Source: Gammaproteobacteria bacterium (lineage in GTDB: Bacteria > Pseudomonadota > Gammaproteobacteria > SZUA-229). From it: a DNA stretch of 48,688 nt. The position numbers and the translations under genes are program-made. The stretch is from contig JBFHVK010000001.1 in assembly GCA_041589615.1 (NCBI GenBank), positions 1 to 48,688 on the forward strand, given 5' to 3'. Positions 34,423-42,041 of the stretch are shown piece after piece (within the stretch, counting starts at the first letter, position 1; each line of letters opens with the position of its first letter). The notes under the pieces are model-generated. The model made no database searches. It was not told where the DNA came from and worked only from the letters and a program-made list of their open reading frames with translations.

Positions 34423-34565
34423 TCCTCCTCCTCATCTTCATCCACTACCTTGTAGGCAATCACCATCATAGGCAAGAGCTCAAACCGTCCGAGCAAGTAG
34501 ATACAGCCAGCAGTGACAACCCCAGTGAAGAAACATTCAGCCAGTGCATTAAAAGCGCTTATCAT
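34419..34565 (-). CDS. Small membrane protein (48 aa), not in the supplied ORF track
   Basis: Translated by hand as MISAFNALAECFFTGVVTAGCIYLLGRFELLPMMVIAYKVVDEDEEEE. It has an ATGA overlap with the thioredoxin start. Confidence 0.4.
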   Translation of the reverse strand: MISAFNALAECFFTGVVTAGCIYLLGRFELLPMMVIAYKVVDEDEEEE

Positions 34566-35028
34566 AATCACCCTCCTCCCACTTCTCAATAATTCGTTTA
34601 CCTGAATGTATTGAACCTATTGTAGACCTAGGAGCCCCAAAAAGGATTGCCAGATCAACTTGCCTCATCTTTCCTTTCATATCCAAGATGTACTGAGCCT
34701 CTTCATCAGAAATGTACATCCTGCCCCTAGTAGGTTTCCTACCTAGGATATCAAATGCGTGCTTATTATTCTCCGAATCTGTCATCCACTCAAGGTTTGA
34801 CAGGGAGTTATTTAACTTGTTGCCATCCTTGTGGTTCACTGTCCTTTTTCCGTAAGGGTTTGGGATATACCTCTTCGCCAATTCCTTGTGCAATAAGACT
34901 GTCCCACTGCTCCCGGCGACGAAGGTTAGGTAGCCGTTGCTTGCCACGGCTGGTTTAATCTCTTTGTAAGGGGAGAAGACCCTCCCCTCCTCTGTGATAG
35001 TGTAATCATCAAGAGTCAACTTTCGCAT
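34549..35028 (-). CDS. Free-standing HNH homing endonuclease
   Basis: 159 aa with VNHKDGNKLNNSLSNLEW (HNH_3-like) and a C-terminal helix-turn-helix-like tail. Confidence 0.8.
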   Translation of the reverse strand: MRKLTLDDYTITEEGRVFSPYKEIKPAVASNGYLTFVAGSSGTVLLHKELAKRYIPNPYGKRTVNHKDGNKLNNSLSNLEWMTDSENNKHAFDILGRKPTRGRMYISDEEAQYILDMKGKMRQVDLAILFGAPRSTIGSIHSGKRIIEKWEEGDYDKRF

Positions 35029-35668
35029 GGCCCATCATCTCCCAGCGTTCGTAAGCTTCGATCATCATCTTACAAGTTTCACTCCGCATAATATCATCCT
35101 TTGTGAAGTGGATAGTATGAACAGGAAGGTCTAACATATGAACCATCTTAATGAAGCTAGCTAAGCCACTTCCCTTGAACTTAGGTGAGGTTTGTGCAAC
35201 ATCACCACACAGCACAAGTTTACTGTATTGACCAATCCTTGTGGTAAGTACACGTAGCTGCTCAAAGGTCATGTTCTGACATTCATCCACAATGATAAGC
35301 GAGTTGTCAAAGGTAAGCCCTTGAATATGCTCAAGCATGTGGTAGCGGATACGGCCATTCTTTTCTAGGTCTTGTTGGTGACGAATGCCAATACCATTCT
35401 GAACAAAGTTCTGCTCTAAGGGTTTAATCCAAGGTTCGAGCTTCTCACGTTCAGTGCCCGGTAAGTAGCCATTAGTGTCCGCGAATGAGACATTTGGCCT
35501 AATAAGAATAACCTGATTCTTTCGTCCATCAGCAAGCCATTCAACTGCTCGTCCGACAGCTCCATAAGTTTTTCCAGTTCCAGCGCTGCCATACGCAACG
35601 ACTGGCATGTTCTTCTTATCTCGGAGCGCATTGTAATATGCCTCGTGAGTTTTAGTTGGTTTTAGCAT
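35009..35668 (-). CDS. phoH: PhoH-like ATPase
   Basis: GSAGTGKTY Walker A, GYLPGTEREKLEPW, IIVDECQNMT and LCGDVAQ, all as in PhoH. Confidence 0.9.
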   Translation of the reverse strand: MLKPTKTHEAYYNALRDKKNMPVVAYGSAGTGKTYGAVGRAVEWLADGRKNQVILIRPNVSFADTNGYLPGTEREKLEPWIKPLEQNFVQNGIGIRHQQDLEKNGRIRYHMLEHIQGLTFDNSLIIVDECQNMTFEQLRVLTTRIGQYSKLVLCGDVAQTSPKFKGSGLASFIKMVHMLDLPVHTIHFTKDDIMRSETCKMMIEAYERWEMMGHAKVDS

Positions 35669-35861
35669 TTAACTTCCTCTGGCCGATAATAGCTGAAGTA
35701 AGTACAACAGCAGTGCATAGTGCAAATATGGAACCAAGCAATGTGTCCCCTTGCTTAAACAACATTGGCACTGTCACAACAGAAACACCTAGCATAACGC
35801 AATCCACCATCAAGCACTCAACTGTGCCCGGTGATAGGATATTTTTAATGTACTTTAGCAT
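35652..35861 (-). CDS. Small membrane protein (69 aa)
   Basis: Two hydrophobic segments; overlaps both neighbouring genes. Confidence 0.55.
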   Translation of the reverse strand: MLKYIKNILSPGTVECLMVDCVMLGVSVVTVPMLFKQGDTLLGSIFALCTAVVLTSAIIGQRKLNAKTN

Positions 35862-36498
35862 GTTCAGTCAAAGCCTCCCAACAGGTAGGGAACAAAGGTT
35901 TAATGATTTCTTCCAACTTCTTAGCAAACTCTTGTGCTTCCACTTGAGAGCCATTACCAATACGCAATCGCCATACATGGAAGAATGCTAGGAGATTGCC
36001 AGTCCACACATAGTCCACCATCATTGATTGTGGGAGTAGCATACGAGCTTGCTCAGGTGCTACACCTCCACGAATCATATCATCATAGAAGGTGATTGCA
36101 GCCCACAGGAACTTATCATACTTGTCAGCATAAGCAGAGGATGATGGATGTTTATCACCACTCCCTTGCTTTATCCCGTCACTAGGGCGACTACGCCAAC
36201 AATCAGGAACAAAGAATTCAATCCCACTGTCAACGTAGCGACGACTAACTTCATTCCAACTAAGTCCAGCTTGGTGCTTACCGAGTTGCCTAGCCAAGAA
36301 CACAGGCACCTTACAACGGATGGATAGTTGAGTATGCCTAAAAGGACTGTTATGTTCGTGAGCAGCAAGGTAATCAATAAGACGAGCATCTTTCTGATCG
36401 AACTCCTCTTTCCATTTATTAAAGGACACACGGGCGACATTAGCCACCCGCAGGTCATCCCCCATGTGGTCAATATATTCTATTGAGATATTACTCAT
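35845..36498 (-). CDS. thyX: ThyX-like flavin-dependent thymidylate synthase with a degenerate signature
   Basis: 217 aa that aligns by eye to ThyX (SPFRH..VPVFLARQL..SWNEVSRRY). The canonical RHR is KHQ and the HAQ region reads GSQ. Confidence 0.75.
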   Translation of the reverse strand: MSNISIEYIDHMGDDLRVANVARVSFNKWKEEFDQKDARLIDYLAAHEHNSPFRHTQLSIRCKVPVFLARQLGKHQAGLSWNEVSRRYVDSGIEFFVPDCWRSRPSDGIKQGSGDKHPSSSAYADKYDKFLWAAITFYDDMIRGGVAPEQARMLLPQSMMVDYVWTGNLLAFFHVWRLRIGNGSQVEAQEFAKKLEEIIKPLFPTCWEALTEHAKVH

Positions 36499-36803
36499 TC
36501 ACTGTCCCTGTAAGTTGTTGGTGTGCCTTCGTAGTCATTCAGTACAGACTCAGGCAGGTCATCTACCCAAACCTCCACCTCAATACCAAGACCCCTCATA
36601 TACTCCCGCTTAGCTTTATGCTCAGTGAAGTATACATCAAAACCCATGCGTTTAAGGAAACTCAAATCCTCTGGGTAAGTGGTACTCTCCCTTCCTGTTA
36701 CCACCACTACCTTGTGGCCACGTGATTCCATAAGCTTCATTATCGAACAAAAACCATTAGCATCCTTACTAATGGTATTGTCGAAATCAAATGCAATAAT
36801 CAT
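36495..36803 (-). CDS. HAD-superfamily phosphatase (nucleotidase-like)
   Basis: 102 aa with IIAFDFDNT (DxDxT motif I), VVVVTGR and WVDD. Confidence 0.7.
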   Translation of the reverse strand: MIIAFDFDNTISKDANGFCSIMKLMESRGHKVVVVTGRESTTYPEDLSFLKRMGFDVYFTEHKAKREYMRGLGIEVEVWVDDLPESVLNDYEGTPTTYRDSE

Positions 36804-37570
36804 TGTGCATTTACAAGCAATGCTCGCCTCTTGTCTTTGTCATACTCATTGTATCGTGTACGTGCCCAACCACCACAACTACCACAACGATAGCGTTGGA
36901 ACTTACTTACGTTGGTGTGGTAATAACCACGCTTAACCATGTGAACACTGCCACACTTAGGGCACACAGGAACATCAGCCTCAGCGAACACACCAAGGTT
37001 AGGGTGGTTCTTAATGTAAGGCAACATCTTCTTATACAACTCACGAGTGGCTAAGGTGTCCCTTACGTTATACACCTTCATCTCTTCCCATGCATCAGGG
37101 TTCCCTTTAAGGCATTCTTGCCATAACAGGAAACCGGGGAACTTTGCATGTGCAAGCTTCTGGTAGTTACATTGGAAGAAGTCAAGCATGTACTCTAGCG
37201 AATAGCTTTCAAGCTTGAAGTTCTTTCTAGCAACTTGCATAGTATCTACTACACGATAGGGTGATGGTGGCTTGATGCCATGCTTAACAGCAAAAGCGTT
37301 AATAGTACCAATGTCAAACCTCTCTACGTTCTGGCCAATTACCACATCAGCCTCATCAAGAACCTGGATAAGATCACGTGTGATCTCTGCCTCAGCATCT
37401 AGCTTTCGGTTCTCTGCATAGATTACTTCATCTTCATTATCAAACACAGCAGCGAATGACATGATGGAGCCATGATTCTGAATCTGTTTAGCCCCAATAT
37501 TCTCTTTGAACATTCGCCATACATAAGCAAGCTTAGGTGCTGTTTCAATATCAAGAGTTACTATTCGCAT
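36800..37570 (-). CDS. DnaQ/PolB-exo-like 3'-5' exonuclease with a C-terminal zinc ribbon
   Basis: I prefer the ATG at 37570 (MRIVTLDIETAP), preceded by GAAGGAAGGA. It has an ExoI DIET motif and CPKCGS...CGSCGG. Confidence 0.75.
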   Translation of the reverse strand: MRIVTLDIETAPKLAYVWRMFKENIGAKQIQNHGSIMSFAAVFDNEDEVIYAENRKLDAEAEITRDLIQVLDEADVVIGQNVERFDIGTINAFAVKHGIKPPSPYRVVDTMQVARKNFKLESYSLEYMLDFFQCNYQKLAHAKFPGFLLWQECLKGNPDAWEEMKVYNVRDTLATRELYKKMLPYIKNHPNLGVFAEADVPVCPKCGSVHMVKRGYYHTNVSKFQRYRCGSCGGWARTRYNEYDKDKRRALLVNAQ

Positions 37571-37892
37571 TAATTCCTTCCTTCGATCTATCATCCAACT
37601 CTGGATGTGTTGTAATCATCTCTGCAAGGAATAAGGCATTGCAAAGAATGTGGTAGGCATGATGTAGTTTTGACTCATCATCAATGTCTTCCCCTGATAG
37701 GTAGTAGCCCATGTGCCTGAGAAGGCTGTCACAAATCTCAGTGTGCTTAAGACCCTTACGCCAGTTACCCCTGTCGTACTTGGCCTTACCAAAGCTAAGC
37801 ACTTTGGCACACCCACTAAGGGCATGCCGTGCTTCTAAGATCATTGACAGCTCAGGCTTACCAGTATTATACCTAGAGCCTAGTGCAGTCAT
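37551..37892 (-). CDS. All-alpha MazG-like dNTP diphosphohydrolase (dATP/dGTP-PPase N-terminal-domain-like)
   Basis: 113 aa with YNTGKPELSMI..AKVLSFGKAKYDRGNWRKG..LLRHM..DDESKLHHAYHILCNALFL, a pattern I recall from the DUF5664/MazZ-like family. Confidence 0.65.
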   Translation of the reverse strand: MTALGSRYNTGKPELSMILEARHALSGCAKVLSFGKAKYDRGNWRKGLKHTEICDSLLRHMGYYLSGEDIDDESKLHHAYHILCNALFLAEMITTHPELDDRSKEGINANSNS

Positions 37893-38122
37893 TACTGGGT
37901 CTCCACCATCTTGTTAATAGCAGCTCGTGTACGTTCATAACCTTGAGTTTTGATAAGCTCAAACAGGGCGTACACATCGGCCTTGTCTTCTTGTGAGAAC
38001 TGATTCAAATACTTCTTAGTAGCCAGTGCCCCTTGCTGTGATAGCAAGTTAAACGACATAGCTGCTCGGTTCCAAGTACGCAAAGGCTTGGACAATACTT
38101 CATTGAAAGTGGGGTTAGCCAT
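37892..38122 (-). CDS. Hypothetical protein (76 aa)
   Basis: ORF with 1-nt junctions on both sides. Confidence 0.55.
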   Translation of the reverse strand: MANPTFNEVLSKPLRTWNRAAMSFNLLSQQGALATKKYLNQFSQEDKADVYALFELIKTQGYERTRAAINKMVETQ

Positions 38123-38535
38123 TATTCTTTTTCCTTTTCTCTTCTCTGTTTTGCCAAGGCAGTTTCCTCAGCAGTCTTCACGTCGTGACATTTCTTACAC
38201 AGCAGTTGTAAGTTGTCTATCTCACAGAAGAGCCCCTCAATGATATCATCCCAGTTGGTGAATCCAATCTCTGGGTCTACTGTCGGAGCTATGTGGTCTA
38301 CAAAGATGTTCTTAACACGCTTCTTCTTATCTTCATCATAGATAGTTGGGGGCACTATTTCCCCGCAACATTCGCATTTATACTCACCTCTGCCCACATG
38401 TGCATTCTTACGGCATTGTTGGATTGGTGCCCACTTCCTAGTAGCGCTACGAAGGTTGCCCTTAATAAAGCTACGGAAGCGAGCCTCAGTCCATAGACCC
38501 CCGCAACGGGTCTTCTCTCCTGAAGGTCTAGCCAT
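38122..38535 (-). CDS. HNH endonuclease
   Basis: 137 aa with CECCGE..VDHIAP...LQLLCKKCHDVKT. Confidence 0.8.
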   Translation of the reverse strand: MARPSGEKTRCGGLWTEARFRSFIKGNLRSATRKWAPIQQCRKNAHVGRGEYKCECCGEIVPPTIYDEDKKKRVKNIFVDHIAPTVDPEIGFTNWDDIIEGLFCEIDNLQLLCKKCHDVKTAEETALAKQRREKEKE

Positions 38536-38795
38536 TATTCCCCTTCAATCTCCACCTCTACATCGTAATGCACTGCAATAGCAATAAGCTCAATAAGAGT
38601 GAGGCCATCGTTCCAATACAGGTCTTCAATCATATCACTTCCAGTTTTGGCTTTAATGGCATGTACATAACACTCTTCATCAGTTGTGAACCTCTTACCT
38701 GTAATCTCACAAGTATACACTTCCCATTGAGTAGGCTCACAACAATCACACCCATTACTCGTATATTCAAAACTAAGCTTGAACTTATAGTTCAT
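38535..38795 (-). CDS. Hypothetical protein (86 aa)
   Basis: ORF containing CDCCEP; coupled to its neighbours. Confidence 0.55.
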   Translation of the reverse strand: MNYKFKLSFEYTSNGCDCCEPTQWEVYTCEITGKRFTTDEECYVHAIKAKTGSDMIEDLYWNDGLTLIELIAIAVHYDVEVEIEGE

Positions 38796-39670
38796 TCAAC
38801 CTATCCTCCCAGAGAACATACCTAACAGGATTACCTTCCTCATCCAGCTCCCTTACCATCCATAGCAGGTCACATTGCTCCTGCATGTGAGCCTTCCAAT
38901 CAGGCCCGTAGTGGCCCTCATACAAGGAGGCAGTAGTACGGTATAGGTCTTCCTCTGTTTCGCACTCAGAGAGCGCCTTATAGGCCTTTACTGGCCCCAT
39001 TCTAGGTAAGCCGGGGATATTATCTACACCATCCCCCATCAACACTTGTGAGTAGAAGAACTTAAGGCCAGTGCCTACAAGTTTCTTGCCGCCTTTGAGT
39101 TCAAGATCACCCACCTCAGTGACACGCCTAGGGCCAAACTGTGGTTGCTTGCCACAAGGCCAGCCGAAGTGCATGCCGGGAGTGATTCTCAAATCCTTAT
39201 CACGAGAGCAGATGATGGTGTCTAACTTACCTTCCTTAACCCTTGCCCATTGGTCAATAGACATTAGGTCATCAGCCTCTAAACCAATAGCCATCCTGCA
39301 TTCATACTTGCCCATAATGTAAGCAGTAAGATTGTCATAGTGAAAGGGCTTAGGTTTCTTACGGTTCCCTTTGTACACCTTCTTCTTGGCAATAGCTTCA
39401 CGGAAGTTAGGAGTGTATTCAGTCTCTTCTAGTCCTTCCTTCTTACGTCGCTTGTTAAGCCGTTTGTGTGTACGAGCATCATAGGTTAGGTAGAGGATGG
39501 GCTCTTCCGTAGCCCATACCTCCCCACAAATCTCCTTGATACGTTGATCTAGTAGCTCAGCTACGAAATCAAAATCCCTGATTTGAGGATTACCTTCCTC
39601 ATCAATATACTCCCCAGAGAATCCAATCTCGTACCGTTCGTAGGACGTCAGCGTCGATCAATGCTTTCAT
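38785..39670 (-). pseudogene. T7 gp6-like 5'-3' exonuclease (FEN/PIN fold) whose reading frame is broken near codon 11
   Basis: The SD-backed ATG at 39670 (GAAGGAGGG-N8-ATG) gives MKALIDADVLRTVRDWILWGVY and then a stop at 39602. The long frame (39657..38785) encodes RYEIGFSGEY...YKGNRK..LEADDLMS..SRDKDLRITP..GDGVDNIPGLP but has no ATG, GTG or TTG before 39378. The two frames differ by +1. Confidence 0.75.
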
Positions 39671-39723
39671 CCAGTATACCCTCCTTCACACAACTCTTCT
39701 GTGTGTTAGTTTTGTGGCCCCTA

Positions 39724-40041
39724 TCAATTAGAGGTTTCATCCTCAGCTACCTTCTTAAAGTCCTCGGCACGAATAGCATCAAGCTCTTTCTGCTTGCTAT
39801 CACTCACAGGGGTGAGGCTCACACCATTAACCAAGAAAGGTTTATCCTTTACTTGGATGTGATTATCTTTCATGTATGCTGCAATGAATAACTTACGCAG
39901 CAAGTAAGGGTCATCACTCTCAATAGGAGAGAGAGTGGAGCCAGCCACATAAACTAACTGGCCCTTCTTTACACCATACTTCTCATACTCAGTGTTATTA
40001 ACTCGGCAGAACTGGCCTACCTCAACTAGCGTAGATGGCAT
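39724..40041 (-). CDS. Hypothetical protein (105 aa)
   Basis: I prefer the ATG at 40041 (MPSTLVEVGQ). The longer track start would overlap 40022..40216 heavily. Confidence 0.55.
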   Translation of the reverse strand: MPSTLVEVGQFCRVNNTEYEKYGVKKGQLVYVAGSTLSPIESDDPYLLRKLFIAAYMKDNHIQVKDKPFLVNGVSLTPVSDSKQKELDAIRAEDFKKVAEDETSN

Positions 40042-40216
40042 TACGTCGCTTCTCCATTTCATCGACGGCCTCAAGGCACGCCTTTTGTTCAACAGTAGTT
40101 AGATACTTAAGGGCACACTTATCTAGGGAAACTAAAGTGTGAGGGAAACGACGCCGTTCTGGCGTCGCCTCATCATAGAAATCCCAAGTGCCATTACCAT
40201 AAACTACGATTACCAA
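40022..40216 (-). CDS. Hypothetical protein (64 aa)
   Basis: ORF overlapping the SSB stop by 7 nt. Confidence 0.5.
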   Translation of the reverse strand: MVIVVYGNGTWDFYDEATPERRRFPHTLVSLDKCALKYLTTVEQKACLEAVDEMEKRRNAIYAS

Positions 40217-40908
40217 GGTTCATCCCCTTCTTGTTGGTCATCATCCTCAGGCTCTTCTACCTCAGGTTTGGCTTTCTTCTTCTCTTTAACCTTGCCGTTC
40301 AACAGCTCGTCAAGCTTGCTGCCCTTGAACTCAAGGTTCTCTTTGATCTTATCTTGCAGCCACTGAGGTAATGAACCAAACACTTCCATATCAGGTTCAT
40401 CCAGTACGAACACCTTAGGTGGGTTAACAAGATCAGGTGCTTTCTGTGCATCACGCTCACGCATTGCTGCTACGTTAGCAATGTTAGAGTAAATCTTACC
40501 AGCGTTCTTACCTTTACCTGCATTGTTCACGATAGTGACAAGGCAAGGAGTGCCTACCAGCTTAGTGAAGTCACCTTCACATGCTTCGTTAGGGTCAAGT
40601 GCATAGTAACGCTTAGTAGAGCGTGCCTTGTCAGCCTGTAGACTATGGAATGGCATAGTCTCTGACAACCAACGAGGCTTGTCCTCTTGCTCGTCGCCAT
40701 TCTCATCAATCATAAACTCATCTAGAAACTCATAGGTGAGCATGATCTCATGTGCTGGGGGCTTCTCTTGTCCTTGGTATGGACGTTGGGGTTGAATACC
40801 CAAATCCAATACCTGCACCAATCGACACGGATAAGTACCTGCGTCAAGTACAGGTTGTTCTACACGGTTGCCACCATTGCCAGCAACTTTGTTTGCATTA
40901 AGTCCCAT
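40210..40908 (-). CDS. Single-stranded DNA-binding protein (T7 gp2.5-like)
   Basis: I prefer the ATG at 40908 (MGLNANKVAG), preceded by AAGAGGAAA. The acidic C-terminal tail EEPEDDDQQEGDEPW ends in an aromatic residue, as in gp2.5. Confidence 0.7.
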   Translation of the reverse strand: MGLNANKVAGNGGNRVEQPVLDAGTYPCRLVQVLDLGIQPQRPYQGQEKPPAHEIMLTYEFLDEFMIDENGDEQEDKPRWLSETMPFHSLQADKARSTKRYYALDPNEACEGDFTKLVGTPCLVTIVNNAGKGKNAGKIYSNIANVAAMRERDAQKAPDLVNPPKVFVLDEPDMEVFGSLPQWLQDKIKENLEFKGSKLDELLNGKVKEKKKAKPEVEEPEDDDQQEGDEPW

Positions 40909-40921
40909 TAAATATTTCCTC

Positions 40922-41379
40922 TTAGTGGATATCGGCGTAGTTGTCGCCAAACTCTACAGAACATTCCAACTCCCTGTTGAGTTGTAGTTCCTCATTGACA
41001 AGCTTAATGGCTCTCGCCACATGCTTCTTCATTCTTTCTCTGTTACCTTTCTTAATCAAGGCAATCCATTCATCGTGCATTTGTCCAATGATTGGAGGGC
41101 CACCATCCATAACATGTGACAACCACCTATCAAAGCAATACACACCAGTACCTTGGTTGAGGGTAGAGAACCTATCCTTCTCATACCGAAGGCTATACCA
41201 GAACTTACTAACAGGATTGAATAACCACTTTTGGCCTCCAACTACTTTAACAATTTGCTCTTCTGCAATGGCCTTGACAGACCAATTACGTTTCCAGTAT
41301 GTCTCTACTAGCTCTTCTCCTTTATGCAAAGGGACACCAGCAGACCTAGCTACAGTGGCTCCACCTGCCCCGTATACAC
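40922..41379 (-). CDS. Family A DNA polymerase, exon 2 (rest of motif B, and motif C QMHDE)
   Basis: The open frame upstream of the listed TTG start reads ..GVYGAGGATVARSAGVPLHKGEEL.. and contains IIGQMHDEW. Confidence 0.75.
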
Positions 41380-42041
41380 CGTTGTGTTCAGGGAGGGTCG
41401 TTAATCCTCCCCCGCTTTATTCAAGCTGCTGCATGTCCCCATGCAGACCAGACTATATCATCACCTATTGGTGTTGCGCGCTTCGAGCCACTTGACCCTA
41501 CTCCTTTCGGATAGTCGTTGCACTTTCTAAGTACTCAATCGCCGTTTTAATTCTGTTAGTGTCATCCTTCAGTAGACCTAATGCTCTGTTGCAATTATGA
41601 CACAACAGACCTCTCACTGCACCAGTGGAGTGGCAATGATCCACATTCAAAGGAGACCTAACATGTTTATTCATATCAAACCCAACTTCCTTACAGATGG
41701 CACATAAGTTATTCTGTGCCTCTAATAACCACAACACTTCCCAGTATTGTATCTTATAAGACTTTCTGTAGTAGTTGTCAATTTCAACATACCCCTTACA
41801 CCTATCTGAACAATAGTGATGGGAGGGTGCATGAGGGGTAAAAATATTACCACACAGTTTACAAGGCTTGTCTTTGAAGCTGCCTTGTGGGTATTTACTT
41901 GGCGATGCAGTCATCTCTGACTGCGGGGCATTGCTCAATCTAATCATAATACTCCTTGTTTAGATTGAGTACTTAGCTTAGCTCAGGATTGTCTGTTCTA
42001 GATGTCCCCTGAGTTCACGCAATTTTACATGCGCCTAATTA
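41380..42041 (-). mobile_element. Candidate group I intron (662 nt) carrying a homing-endonuclease ORF
   Basis: Exon end AUGCGU pairs with the internal guide GCGCAU 8 nt downstream, giving a U.G pair at the splice site. The intron ends in G. Joining T + GT gives Cys and restores KQVNYACVYGAG. The flanks contain hairpins CUCAGG...CCUGAG, CUGCAUG-GGGA-CAUGCAG and GGGAGG...CCUCCC. Confidence 0.65.
41498..41947 (-). CDS. Endonuclease VII / HNH-family homing endonuclease (intron ORF)
   Basis: 149 aa with SD AAGGAG and CAICK...LNVDHCHSTGAVRGLLCHNCNRALG, the Endonuclease_7 signature. Confidence 0.85.
   Translation of the reverse strand: MIRLSNAPQSEMTASPSKYPQGSFKDKPCKLCGNIFTPHAPSHHYCSDRCKGYVEIDNYYRKSYKIQYWEVLWLLEAQNNLCAICKEVGFDMNKHVRSPLNVDHCHSTGAVRGLLCHNCNRALGLLKDDTNRIKTAIEYLESATTIRKE

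Noticed and set aside
39602-39670. Programmed +1 ribosomal frameshift in the exonuclease gene
   Set aside because: There is no recognisable shift-prone site (no CUU-type slip codon before a hungry or stop codon, no heptameric slippery run). An indel or true pseudogenisation is more parsimonious. It is kept as a finding for verification.
40941-41495. 184-aa plus-strand ORF
   Set aside because: It is antisense to polymerase exon 2 and the 3' part of the intron. Its Ser/Leu/Cys-rich low-complexity translation runs against the strand polarity of the whole arm.
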